Assembly (NCBI GenBank): GCA_964414315.1
Contig: CAYPWB010000003.1
Span: forward strand, 1 to 42,377
Length of the DNA: 42,377 nucleotides
Direction of reading: 5' to 3'
DNA from: an uncultured Planctomycetaceae bacterium
Lineage (GTDB): Bacteria; Planctomycetota; Planctomycetia; Pirellulales; Thermoguttaceae
Of this stretch, positions 1 through 9,014 are shown one piece after another (position 1 is the first letter of the stretch; the number at the start of each line of letters is the position of its first letter). A program made the translations under genes and the position numbers. The notes under the pieces are model-generated. The model saw only the letters and a program-made list of their open reading frames with translations. It made no database searches and was not told the DNA's origin.

Positions 1-1214
1 CCGGTGTACGTATTGGCGGCAGTGAGCGTGAGCGTGCCGGCGCCGGTCTTGGTCAATCCACCGCTACCGCCCCCCTGACCCACGTTGCGGTCGATCAGCA
101 CCGCCGACACGGTCAGGTCCGCCTGGGCATCGCCGGTAACATCGGCGACGTCGAAGGTGACGTTGGGGTCGGCGGATCGGCCCAAATGAATCCCGCCGAA
201 CGACGGGCTGCCCGTGGCCGGCCCGCTGATCGTTGAGGGGCTACTCCCGCCGACGGTCACCGGGTAGAGTAGCGAATACATCTGGTACGTCGCGTTCGCG
301 CCGCCGGTTCCGGTGAGCGTGCCGCCGTTGAGCGTCAGCGGCCCAAGGGTGGTGAAGGCGCCTTCCGCGGCGACGATACCGCCGTTTCGGATGACAATGG
401 GCGCCACCACGTTGACCCCTGCATTTCCGAAGGCGTCGTGCATCCTGAAGGCCAGGGTGCCGCTGTCAACCGTTATGGTCCTGGTGGCCAGGTTCGCCAG
501 TCGGTTGACGTTGACCCTACCCTGGTTGACCGTCAAGTCGCCCTGGAAGCCGCTGCTGGTGGCTCCCAAAGTCAGCGTGCCTGACCCATCTTTAGTGAGC
601 GTGGACGCGGTCCCTGCACCACTGATGGTGATGTTGACGGTCGTGTCGTACGGTCCCGTCACGGTCAACGCCCGTCCGTTCAGGTTGAAACTGGCCCCGC
701 CGCCGAACACCAAGTTCCCGGCGGCGGCATTGATCTGCACGCTGTTGTGAAACTCGTGGCCGAGGTTGTTGGTTTGGGTATTGGGGCTGTTGTTGACGAT
801 ATCGCCGGTGAGCCGAGTCCAACCTCCGCCAACCGTGAACGGGCTGGCGCCGGCGGCGAAGGTGATGCCGTTGAGAGTGTAGTAACCCCCGCCCTGGTTG
901 TTAATGGGCGTGGTACGCGTCGAGCCGTCGAATACGATCGAGTCGCCGGTTGCCGCCAAGGGCGTGCCGCCCCAGTTATCGGCGGTCGTGAAGTTATTGT
1001 CCGCGCCTCCGCCGGTCCACGTGAGCACTGCCGCCCGCGCCGCGCCAACGGGAGTGTGCAGTTCGGGCACCGCGGCGATGAGCACGATGGCGGCCGCCAG
1101 ACAAGGGAGTGGAAAGCCGCGACGGCGACCACGGCTGGCGGCCGGTCCGATTCGTACCGCGCACCCCTGTCGCAGCCGCACAAACAGATTCACGAATCGC
1201 GTTGTCGTATTCAT
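1..1214 (-). CDS. PATR (autotransporter-associated beta-strand) repeat surface protein, N-terminal ~404 codons; continues past the left edge
   Basis: Absent from the ORF track because no stop lies inside the window. Reverse complement from ATG 1214 reads MNTTTRFVNLFVRLRQGCAVRIGPAASRGRRRGFPLPCLAAAIVLIAAVPELHTPVGAARAAVLTWTGGGADNNFTTADNWGG. Hand-translated in-frame checks further in give STLTKDGSGTLTLGATSSGFQG (near 540-600), ANATYQMYSLLYPVTVGGSS (near 240-300) and GGSGGLTKTGAGTLTLTAANTYTG at the edge. It has a signal-peptide-like N-terminus and the repeated LTKxGxGTLxL motif typical of PATR repeats. Confidence 0.75.
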   Translation of the reverse strand, partial: MNTTTRFVNLFVRLRQGCAVRIGPAASRGRRRGFPLPCLAAAIVLIAAVPELHTPVGAARAAVLTWTGGGADNNFTTADNWGGTPLAATGDSIVFDGSTRTTPINNQGGGYYTLNGITFAAGASPFTVGGGWTRLTGDIVNNSPNTQTNNLGHEFHNSVQINAAAGNLVFGGGASFNLNGRALTVTGPYDTTVNITISGAGTASTLTKDGSGTLTLGATSSGFQGDLTVNQGRVNVNRLANLATRTITVDSGTLAFRMHDAFGNAGVNVVAPIVIRNGGIVAAEGAFTTLGPLTLNGGTLTGTGGANATYQMYSLLYPVTVGGSSPSTISGPATGSPSFGGIHLGRSADPNVTFDVADVTGDAQADLTVSAVLIDRNVGQGGGSGGLTKTGAGTLTLTAANTYT

Positions 1215-1389
1215 CCCGAATCTCCTCAAGATTGCCCGCAGAAAGGGGTAAGAAGCCCGACTTGCATGCAGCGGGATACGGCCACGGAGTTGCGGGAACG
1301 ATGCCCGCCCTCACGTTGCCGTCCAATTGCACAGAATCGATTGTAGTCGCAGCCGCCAAAAAAATCGAACAAAATGACCCGCATTTCGT

Positions 1390-2571
1390 CTAGAACGCCT
1401 GCGCTTTCGTATGGCTATCGCGAAACGCGCTGGGCGTACTCCCCGTAAGACGGGTGAAGGCGCGGCAGAACTGCTCGCCGCTGCCGAAGCCACATTGGCG
1501 CGCAATGTGGTGGACTTTTTCCGTGGAGGTCAGGAGGAGGCGCCGGCCATGCTCGATTCGTTTACGCTCCAGTTCCTCGCGGATCGTGCGGCCCACGTAC
1601 TGCTTGAACGCGCCGTAGAGGGTGCAGCGGCTGATGGCGGTGGCCCCCACCACGTCGTCCACGCCGATGCGTTCGCCGTAATGCCGCCAGATGAAGCCCA
1701 GGGCCTTGGCCACCTCGGCGTGCTCGATGGCCAGGATGTCGCTGCTACGCCGCACGACCAGCCCGACGGGCGGGATGACGACTGGGTTGGGCGGGGCCGG
1801 GCGGCCATGCATGAGCCGGTCGAGCAATTCGGCGCCCCGGTAGGCCAACTCGGCGCGGTTGCTGTCCACACTGGTGATCGGCACCGGGGCGAACTCGCAG
1901 GTGTACTGGTCGTTGTCCACGCCGACGACGGCCACCTGCTCGGGAATGGCCAGGCCGGCGGCCTCGCAGGCGTTGATGATCGAGTAGGCCCGGTGGTCGC
2001 TCTGTCCCAGTATGCCCAGGGGGTTGGCCAGCTTGCGCAACTGCCGGACGAGCCAGGCGAGCATTTGCCGACGTGGGTCTTCTCGGGCGGCCGCGTGCCA
2101 GTCGAGCCTGGTGTAGTCGAGCCCCGCGGCGTTCACCGCGGCCGCGAAGCCCGCTTCCCGATCGCGCACGTCGCTGTAGTCGGTACACTTGAAGAAGGCC
2201 AAATGCCGGAACCCTCGCTCCAGCAGGTGCTCGGCGGCCAGTTGCCCGATTCGGAAGTTGTCGAGTAGCACCCGAGCGGCGGTCAACTGCTCGACGTCGG
2301 CCGTCAAGGCGACGATCGGCGTCTTGACCGTTTGCAGGTAGCGGGTCAAGTCGGGCCGGTTGGGCAGCGCGAGCGCGAGGACCCCATCCCCCTCCCAGTC
2401 TTCCGGCACGGCGCCGTAGTGCGCCATCCGCGTATCGAGAATCCAATTCGCTTCCCGCGCATAGCGAGCCGCGCCCAGGTGCATCCGGTGTTCATAATAG
2501 GCCAGCGCCAGCAGGACGCGCTTTCGACGCGGCGCTGCAAAACGACGACTGGGACCCGAGGATGGTGCCAT
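1390..2571 (-). CDS. XylR-like transcriptional regulator (sugar-binding LacI/PBP fold plus AraC-type HTH)
   Basis: 393-aa ORF with an ATG start. The C-terminus IGVDDVVGATAISRCTLYGAFKQYVGRTIREELERKRIEHGRRLLLTSTEKVHHIARQCGFGSGEQFCRAFTRLTGSTPSAFR is an AraC-type double HTH. The N-terminal ~270 aa (RVLLALAYYEHRMHLGAARYAREANW ... VAVVGVDND) matches the periplasmic-binding-fold sensor of XylR-type regulators. Confidence 0.85.
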   Translation of the reverse strand: MAPSSGPSRRFAAPRRKRVLLALAYYEHRMHLGAARYAREANWILDTRMAHYGAVPEDWEGDGVLALALPNRPDLTRYLQTVKTPIVALTADVEQLTAARVLLDNFRIGQLAAEHLLERGFRHLAFFKCTDYSDVRDREAGFAAAVNAAGLDYTRLDWHAAAREDPRRQMLAWLVRQLRKLANPLGILGQSDHRAYSIINACEAAGLAIPEQVAVVGVDNDQYTCEFAPVPITSVDSNRAELAYRGAELLDRLMHGRPAPPNPVVIPPVGLVVRRSSDILAIEHAEVAKALGFIWRHYGERIGVDDVVGATAISRCTLYGAFKQYVGRTIREELERKRIEHGRRLLLTSTEKVHHIARQCGFGSGEQFCRAFTRLTGSTPSAFRDSHTKAQAF

Positions 2572-2655
2572 TGGGGAAGACGTGGGTGCGAGTTATTCCA
2601 AACGCTGCAAATAGGCAGGGGCGCTAGGGCCGCAGGACCCCTGTTTTGTACTCGT

Positions 2656-3666
2656 TCACGGCGGTTTCGGGCCGATGTAGCCGGTCGACAGGGCCACGTC
2701 GTCGTACCAGACGGTGTTGTCCTGCTCGGCGCGGTGGATGTACACGTCGAGGTTGAACCGCTTGAGCTTCACTTCGGCGCTGGTCCGCCATCGGATGCCG
2801 GTGTAGTGGATGTACAGCTTGCCGTCGATCCATGCGGCCAGCTCGCCGTTGGCCTTGCCGGCATCGTTCGCCCGGATCATGTGTTCAAGGCAGTACCAGC
2901 GGTCGCGCTCGGGCACGATGCGCTCGTCGGGCTCCGGCCCCAGCATGTTGCCCCAGTAGTTGCCGTCGCGGTCGGGGCGCATGTCCATCCAGTAGGTATA
3001 GAGGAACATGTAGCCGGGCGCGGGCAGGCGGCCCCAATCGCGCCAGGGCTCGAAGCGGGCGTTGAACCGGTCGTCGCCGCGGGGGCGTTGGCCGGCCATG
3101 CCCATGCCGGCCCAGCGGTTCGCGCCGGCCACCGCGGCCAGCCCGCCGCCGGTGTGGTTCAGGTTTCCCTGGTCGTAATCGGACGCGAAGCGGAGGTAGC
3201 ATCGCAGATGCACGCGGTCGTACCCCTCCGGCCCGAACCAGCCGGTGGCGCCGGTCCCCGATGCTTGCCCGCCGCGGGCGACAGCGGTAAACTCGATGGC
3301 CCCGCTGCCCGAATGGGCCACCTTGGGGTCGTCGACGAGCCGGGCGCGGCCTTCCTTCAGCCCGCGGATTTCGAAGTAGTTCTCGATCGACTCGGCCGAT
3401 TCAAAACCGTCCTCGAAGAACACCTTGCCCGGGGCTTCCAGCGCGGCCAGCCGCGCGGGATCGGCCAACGTTTCGGCCGTGACCCGCCGGGCGTAGGGCC
3501 TCGCTTCGTCGTCGGTCGCCTGTTGGGCAACCGCCGGCCGAGCGCCGCCGGCTAGTGCTGCCGCGGCGACGATCCCAATCGCCGCCGCACGAAGCCGCCC
3601 GTGCCATTCGAGAACCGGTCGTCGATGATGGTGCATTGCGGGTCTCCTTGTCGCTTGAACGCTCAT
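2656..3666 (-). CDS. Secreted concanavalin-like / polysaccharide-lyase-like protein (function tentative)
   Basis: ORF 2656-3939 trimmed to ATG 3666 (3675 and 3636 are alternatives). The upstream part overlaps the CHAD gene, and MSVQATRRPAMHHHRRPVLEWHGRLRAAAIGIVAAAALAGGARPAVAQ looks like a signal peptide. The C-terminal part (WYCLEHMIRANDAGKANGELAAWIDGKLYIHYTGIRWRTSAEVKLKRFNLDVYIH...VWYDDVALSTGYIGP) resembles jelly-roll lyase/glucanase proteins. This is resemblance only. Confidence 0.6.
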   Translation of the reverse strand: MSVQATRRPAMHHHRRPVLEWHGRLRAAAIGIVAAAALAGGARPAVAQQATDDEARPYARRVTAETLADPARLAALEAPGKVFFEDGFESAESIENYFEIRGLKEGRARLVDDPKVAHSGSGAIEFTAVARGGQASGTGATGWFGPEGYDRVHLRCYLRFASDYDQGNLNHTGGGLAAVAGANRWAGMGMAGQRPRGDDRFNARFEPWRDWGRLPAPGYMFLYTYWMDMRPDRDGNYWGNMLGPEPDERIVPERDRWYCLEHMIRANDAGKANGELAAWIDGKLYIHYTGIRWRTSAEVKLKRFNLDVYIHRAEQDNTVWYDDVALSTGYIGPKPP

Positions 3667-3757
3667 ATCGGGCATTCCCACCCACTCGCGCGGGACGGCC
3701 AGCGATCGTCGGCGGGTTCGGTATCGCGCCGGCCAACCCGCGACTTCCGCCGAGAAA

Positions 3758-4663
3758 TCAATCTTCCTCCGACCAAATCCTGAAGTAGACGGCGAAACGG
3801 CGAGCCAGGTGCTTTGGTTTCTCAGCAAACAACCGACCGCCCAGCGGCTTGCTTTCGCGCTCGATCTGCGCGGTCCATGTGTCGACCAGTTCGATGAAGT
3901 TCGTGAGAACCTCCTGCTTTGCAATGGAGGCCCGATCATTCAGGACCCATGCCCGCAGAACACAAAGGTTATGGTGATCGCCCAGCAATGTGCCCAGCGC
4001 GTCGGCCTCATCGCGCCGTACCTGCACGCCGGCGGGCCAGGCATCGCGCAGCAGACGCATATGGTACCAGTGATACTTCACCCGCTTGCGCCACTCGTGG
4101 AAGGTTTCGGGCGCAGGATTATCGTAGGCTGCCTCCATGGCGTCGCGTGCCCGAGCGTACGTTCCGCGCATCCCCGCGAGGGCGGCCTCCTCGCCATCCC
4201 CTTTGATGCTGAGCGACGCCGCACGCTTGCGACCGGTCACCATGGCAGACTCGAAATCCTGCAGAAGCGTATCGATCCGGTCGGTATCGTCCATCTGCGT
4301 GCGCTTACGCGTTTCCAGCCGCAAGCGGATGGGCCGGAGGATTTCTTGATCCATCTGGCCGGCGAAATGCTCGCCGAGCGCGTCGCACGTTTCGAGCATA
4401 GCCTCCGTGTCGCGCACGTTCGCGATACGGCGCGCCGCATCGCGGTACCAGGCGTTCTCCTTGGAGTACGCCTTGCCGAGCGCAGGCCGAACCAATCGCA
4501 GCGCCGCCCGAATCTTCTTGCAGCGCTTGCGCACCTGGTGGATCGTATCTGCCCGACCCAAGTTCGTGTCGGCCAGCTCGCCGAGTGCGCGTTCGATCTG
4601 TTCGGACAGAACGCGGCGAATACCGTCCTGAACCGATTCACCCGTCTTCAAGCGATAGGGCAT
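3758..4663 (-). CDS. CHAD domain-containing protein
   Basis: 301-aa helical protein with the conserved His/basic CHAD helices IHQVRKRCKKIRAALRLVRP and FHEWRKRVKYHWYHMRLLRD. Confidence 0.8.
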   Translation of the reverse strand: MPYRLKTGESVQDGIRRVLSEQIERALGELADTNLGRADTIHQVRKRCKKIRAALRLVRPALGKAYSKENAWYRDAARRIANVRDTEAMLETCDALGEHFAGQMDQEILRPIRLRLETRKRTQMDDTDRIDTLLQDFESAMVTGRKRAASLSIKGDGEEAALAGMRGTYARARDAMEAAYDNPAPETFHEWRKRVKYHWYHMRLLRDAWPAGVQVRRDEADALGTLLGDHHNLCVLRAWVLNDRASIAKQEVLTNFIELVDTWTAQIERESKPLGGRLFAEKPKHLARRFAVYFRIWSEED

Positions 4664-5039
4664 GGGGGATCACCTCCAGGAGTGCTATGGCACATTGACG
4701 TTCAGAGTTACATGAGGCTTTATGGCACCACAATAGTGGACATCTGTTTCCGAGCCGACACCTCCATGTTAAGCTACTCATTCTGCATGCGGTTTTTTGA
4801 GAATTATTGTTGCCAACGGTTCCTTGATCTCGGTGTGAGCGTGGAACTGCTTCCGCGACTCCGGTCCTGGCTTAATCCAAAGCGAATGGAGGCTACATCC
4901 CGCTTCAAGCAGCAACCAGCAATCCGCAACTTGCGTTCCAGGTCGATCCGTCTCATCCAATCTGCGCCTTCTCTTCTATTGCGTCAACCACGAAATACAC
5001 GAACGACACGAAAGGGTACGATGCCGGTGTTTGTGCAAC

Positions 5040-6530
5040 TTACGGATCGGTCAGGTTCGGCGCCCAAGGGCCCTCGCGCAACGGCGGGGTTTCGCCGGAG
5101 GGCGGGAACGACTGCGCGACGGCGTCGCGCAGCTTGCGGGAAAGCTCGGCCACGGTTTCGGCGTGGGCCGGGTCGCCGGCCAGGTTCGCCTGTTCCCGCG
5201 GATCGGCGTCGTGGTCGTACAACTCGCGGCCCTGCTCGCCCTCAGCCCACTCGGTGTAGCGCCATCGCGGCGTGCGGAGCGAGTAGCCGAAGAAGCGGCC
5301 GGTTTGCCGCCCGCCGCGGGTTACCTGCGTCAGCGCCCAGCCGCGGCCCGGCTCCGCCGGGTCTTTGAGCATCGGCACGAGGCTTTGCCCTTGCAGGTTC
5401 TTGGGCGAGGGGACGTTGCACAATTCGGCAAGCGTGGGATACAGGTCGATCAGGCCCACCGGCGCCTCGGACACACCGCCCTCGGCCGCCACGCCGGGCG
5501 CCGCGATCACCAGCGGCACGCGGGCGCTCTCCTCAAACAGGCTCATCTTCTGCCACAAACCGTGCTCGCCCAGATGGTAGCCGTGGTCGCTGGTGAACAC
5601 GACGATCGTGTCCTCGGCCAAACCGAGCCGCTCCAGCGCGTCGAGCACGCGGCCCACCTGGGCGTCCATGAACGTGGTGCTGGCAGAGTACGCCTGGATG
5701 CACTCGCGGCGCAGCGGGTCGGTCAGCTTGTCCTGTTCGCGTTTGTAGCTTCCCAGCGCCGCCGGCGGCAGCTTGGCCTGCGACTGTTCCGACACCACGG
5801 CCAGCGGCATCTTCTGCTTCGGGTACAGGTCGAAGTACGGCTCGGGGGCCACGTAGGGCGTGTGCGGCCGGAAGAAACCGACGGCCAGAAAGAACGGCCG
5901 ATCCTTCTGCCGGGCGCAGCGCTCGAGCACCCACTCGGCGTCGGCGGCGAGCATGCCGTCGGTGTGGTGCTCGTCGCCCTTCGGCGAGGCGTACCAGCTT
6001 AGCGTGCCGCCGAACTGCCCCGGTACCAGGCTGAAAATGTGCGGCTCCTCCTCCAGCCGATCGACCCCGGCCGGGTTCAGTTCCAGTTCCCAAGACCCCG
6101 GATCGTCGTGCCCATTGGTGCCGACCGACTTCGGCACGTTGTAGTGATACAGCTTCCCGATGCGCGCGGCGAAGTAGCCCACCCGCCGGAACGCTTGCGG
6201 GAGGCTATGGTGCGAGGGAATGGTTTGCCGAAAGATCCGCGCGTTTCGCAGGATGCCCGAACTATTGGGGTAAAGGCCCGTGAGCATCGAGTTCCGGCTC
6301 GGCCCGCACAGCGGGAACTGGCAGTACGCCCGCTCGAACCGAACACCTCGGGCGGCCAGCCGATCGATGTTCGGCGTTTCGACCAGCGGATGGCCGTAGC
6401 AGCCGACCGCGTTGTTCAGATCGTCGGAGATGAGGAACAGCACGTTCGGCCGTCGCGCGTTTTCGGCCGCGGCCGACGGGGCGAGCGGCGCCCAGGCGAG
6501 AAGGACCGCAAGCACGAGGAAGATTCGCAT
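5040..6530 (-). CDS. Sulfatase (formylglycine-dependent, iduronate/choline-sulfatase-like)
   Basis: ORF 5040-7211 trimmed to ATG 6530 (in frame, 496 aa). MRIFLVLAVLLAWAPLAPSAAAENARRPNVLFLISDDL is a signal peptide followed by the sulfatase N-terminus. The formylglycine motif is PLCGPSRNSMLTG. The upstream 680 nt of the ORF is Arg/Pro-rich junk that overlaps the next gene. Confidence 0.9.
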   Translation of the reverse strand: MRIFLVLAVLLAWAPLAPSAAAENARRPNVLFLISDDLNNAVGCYGHPLVETPNIDRLAARGVRFERAYCQFPLCGPSRNSMLTGLYPNSSGILRNARIFRQTIPSHHSLPQAFRRVGYFAARIGKLYHYNVPKSVGTNGHDDPGSWELELNPAGVDRLEEEPHIFSLVPGQFGGTLSWYASPKGDEHHTDGMLAADAEWVLERCARQKDRPFFLAVGFFRPHTPYVAPEPYFDLYPKQKMPLAVVSEQSQAKLPPAALGSYKREQDKLTDPLRRECIQAYSASTTFMDAQVGRVLDALERLGLAEDTIVVFTSDHGYHLGEHGLWQKMSLFEESARVPLVIAAPGVAAEGGVSEAPVGLIDLYPTLAELCNVPSPKNLQGQSLVPMLKDPAEPGRGWALTQVTRGGRQTGRFFGYSLRTPRWRYTEWAEGEQGRELYDHDADPREQANLAGDPAHAETVAELSRKLRDAVAQSFPPSGETPPLREGPWAPNLTDP

Positions 6531-6586
6531 GGCATGGTCTCCAATGGGCACAGAAAGTACAACGGGTAACTCAGGGCGGCAGGGCC

Positions 6587-8341
6587 TCACGGCGCCCGTT
6601 CGCCGGTCGGTTTGTGGGTCGGAGGATGGTTTCCCGCGAGCGCCCGCCCGGCCGAGTGCGAGGGTAGCATGGGGTCGCGGTCGATCAGGCGGGCGCGGAC
6701 GGCGCCGGCCGGGTCGGCTTCGGCGAGGTACACGGAGCCGCCGGGCCGGGCGTGCAGACGCACGTCGCCCAGGTCGGGCACGTCGACGGTCACCTCGCGG
6801 GCGTCGCCGGCGGCCGCCCAGGCCGTGATGAGCCACTCCGCCCGCTCCCGATGCCGGCGGGCGACGACGCGCACGGTGTCGTCGCCCGTGGGCAACTCGT
6901 ACGCAGGCTGCGACTTCGACCATACGTGCATGTTCGGGCCGGGCACGAGGTCGGCATGGCGAAGGTAGTTCTCCAAGTGGCTGAACAGCGCGTGGGCATG
7001 GGCCAGCACGATCATCTGCCGCAGCCAGTGGGGCGGTTCGCCCTCGGGGAACTCGGCGTCGAACCCGCCTTTCGGATAAGCGTAGTAGCCGGCGTTCCCG
7101 GCGACCATGCCGGTCGTGTACAGGCACTTGAGAAAGCCCATGTAGCGATCGAGGCCGCCCAGGCTGCGCTGCTTCGCCTCGTCGTCCTCGCCGCGCGGCC
7201 AGCCGGCGCACAGCCAGTTGTAACCCAGTGGCTTGCCGAACTCGAGTTCGTATCCCTTGGCGTTGAGCGCCTGCGTGAGCATGCTCATCTTGCCGGTCCA
7301 GCCGCTATTGAAATGGCGGTAGTAAAACTCGTTGCTGGGCAGGTCGGAAACGTGCTGCATCCAGTCGAACCCATAGGCCCAGTTGGCCCATCCGCCGTAC
7401 CGGTTGCGGTGCGTGCCGCCGCCGGCCGTGTAGTAGATGTAAAGCTGCCGGTCGGGCGCCGCCTTGCGCACGGCCTCGGCGATGCGCCGCTCCATGTACG
7501 CCTTGCGCTGCGAGATGTACTCGAACCAGGGCGTTTCGCCGCGGGCCGCTTCGATGCGAGGGTCCTGCTCCCAATGTTTTCGAGCGAAGCCGAGCACGTT
7601 CAGGGCGTACTCGCCGCCGTTGAGCACGACGGCCACCGGGGCCCGGCGGGCGATTTCCCGGAGCGGCTCGGCCCGCAGCGACGCGGCGCCGGCGATGATG
7701 TCGTCGGCCGCCTCGGGGCTCCAAATGCGTTTGCCGTCGACCAGTTCGCCCTTGGCGTTGCGGGTCCACGGATCGCCCGGCGGATTCGCGCCCGGCCGGC
7801 GGAAATGCGCGTCGTCGGCCGGTTTGGCGGGCGCGACTTCCTCGGCCGGCTCGGTGGCGGCCACGGTGGGCGGCTCGGCCACCGCCTTGACGTCGCCGGT
7901 GGGCAGGTCGCGCGAAAGGATCACCTGCAACGGGAACGTTTCCGGCTCGGAGCGGGCCAGTTCGACCAGCCGCGATTCGAGCGAGTCGGGATCGTCGAGC
8001 CGCGCCGCCACCTTCTCGGTCGCGTAGCCGCCCAACTCGAGCGCGTATCCCCAGTGCCGAGCCAGTTCCACCCGGGCCTCGAACGGCAGCGTCCAGCCGA
8101 ACCGCGTCAGACGCGGCAACCCGTGCCCTTCCTTGAACACCGGCCTCGTCTGCTTCTGCAAGTAACCGGCCGGCGTTTCAGCCCAGGCGGCCGGGGCAAG
8201 GGCCAGGCACGCGCCCAGGGCTGCGGCAGCGGCCAGGAAAGCGTGGAGGCCGCTTACGTGGGCGGGGGCAGGGGGCAGTCCCCGGCGACCTTGCGCGAAG
8301 TTTTCGCGTTCCGACCGGCTTACACGGCAGCAGCGAAACAT
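6587..8341 (-). CDS. Secreted hypothetical protein (584 aa), candidate carbohydrate-active enzyme
   Basis: ORF 6587-8482 trimmed to ATG 8341 (MFRCCRVS...), which clears the upstream antitoxin gene ending at 8364. The hydrophobic stretch LHAFLAAAAALGACLALAPAAWAETP looks like a signal peptide. Composition is balanced and Trp/Tyr-rich (GWANWAYGFDWMQHVSDLPSNEFYYRHFNSGWTGK). I recognise no family. Confidence 0.7.
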   Translation of the reverse strand: MFRCCRVSRSERENFAQGRRGLPPAPAHVSGLHAFLAAAAALGACLALAPAAWAETPAGYLQKQTRPVFKEGHGLPRLTRFGWTLPFEARVELARHWGYALELGGYATEKVAARLDDPDSLESRLVELARSEPETFPLQVILSRDLPTGDVKAVAEPPTVAATEPAEEVAPAKPADDAHFRRPGANPPGDPWTRNAKGELVDGKRIWSPEAADDIIAGAASLRAEPLREIARRAPVAVVLNGGEYALNVLGFARKHWEQDPRIEAARGETPWFEYISQRKAYMERRIAEAVRKAAPDRQLYIYYTAGGGTHRNRYGGWANWAYGFDWMQHVSDLPSNEFYYRHFNSGWTGKMSMLTQALNAKGYELEFGKPLGYNWLCAGWPRGEDDEAKQRSLGGLDRYMGFLKCLYTTGMVAGNAGYYAYPKGGFDAEFPEGEPPHWLRQMIVLAHAHALFSHLENYLRHADLVPGPNMHVWSKSQPAYELPTGDDTVRVVARRHRERAEWLITAWAAAGDAREVTVDVPDLGDVRLHARPGGSVYLAEADPAGAVRARLIDRDPMLPSHSAGRALAGNHPPTHKPTGERAP

Positions 8342-8363
8342 AAGTTTGCCTCCGGGTGCCACG

Positions 8364-8603
8364 TCACTCGCACTGGATCGCTCGCCGGGCGTTTTGCATG
8401 ACCTGCGCGTGGGTGCGTTGCGTGACGTCGCCGCCGGCCATCTCTTCATCGCGCCGTCGGGCGATGCCGATCGCCTCGGCATCAGCTTCCGGTGAGATTA
8501 CGTCGCTTTCGTCCTCGATGCTCTGCCAAACCCTTTGCGCAATGGCCGCCCGCTCGGCCGGCGGCAGCGCCAGAATCTGGTTCGTGATTTCCGTCGTGGT
8601 CAT
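8364..8603 (-). CDS. Putative addiction-module antitoxin component (TIGR02574-like), no cognate toxin adjacent
   Basis: ORF 8364-8759 trimmed to ATG 8603, which has GGTGGAGA 7 nt upstream. MTTTEITNQILALPPAERAAIAQRVWQSIEDESDVISPEADAEAIGIARRRDEEMAGGDV fits the pattern of that small antitoxin family. Confidence 0.7.
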   Translation of the reverse strand: MTTTEITNQILALPPAERAAIAQRVWQSIEDESDVISPEADAEAIGIARRRDEEMAGGDVTQRTHAQVMQNARRAIQCE

Positions 8604-8667
8604 GGTCGGTTCTCCACCAATGGGCCAGCGCCGGGCCGACTTCCCGCAACCGTTCCCGACAACGTGC

Positions 8668-8696
8668 ATTCTAACGTATCGCCGTTGGGACGCCAA
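8668..8696 (-). promoter_or_regulatory. Sigma70-like promoter for the 8603 antitoxin gene (TTGGCG-17-TAGAAT)
   Basis: The minus strand reads TTGGCG tcccaacggcgatacgt TAGAAT, about 65 nt upstream of ATG 8603. This is a sequence match only. Confidence 0.3.
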
Positions 8697-9014
8697 CAGC
8701 GAGAGCGACGGGCCATGGGCCGATGGCGGGGAAGTCGGCGGTTGGAAAGCGTGACGCAAAGTAGCGGGCGGTCGCGTAAGGATCCCGGAGTAAGGATCGC
8801 GGAATAGATAGCTGCCGGACTGAGCACCTTCACCCTCCCGCGCAGCGGAAGGGTCGGACGCGGTAGCGGCCGGGGAGGGCAGTTCGTATGTGGATACAGT
8901 TCTGTTTGGCGGGAAGACCCCCTCGCCGGGCCTGAGAGCCCGACTCTCCCGGCAAGCGGGAAAGTGCGATTATTCATTGCCGTTGCTCCAGCGTGAACGA
9001 CACAGATCGGGAAG

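Noticed and set aside
6531-7211. N-terminal extensions of real genes offered by the ORF track: sulfatase to 7211, gmhA-like to 19779, coaE to 25918, OMT to 40583, lyase-like to 3939, DUF1559 to 35945.
   Set aside because: The extensions overlap the upstream gene in another frame and are Arg/Pro-rich. In each case an internal ATG, with a Shine-Dalgarno and/or a signal peptide, begins the recognisable domain.
8604-9014. Degraded parE toxin pseudogene downstream of the ParD-like gene.
   Set aside because: Translating all three minus-strand frames gave nothing resembling ParE/RelE beyond a 9-codon stub. I keep it only as a hypothesis inside the orphan-antitoxin finding.
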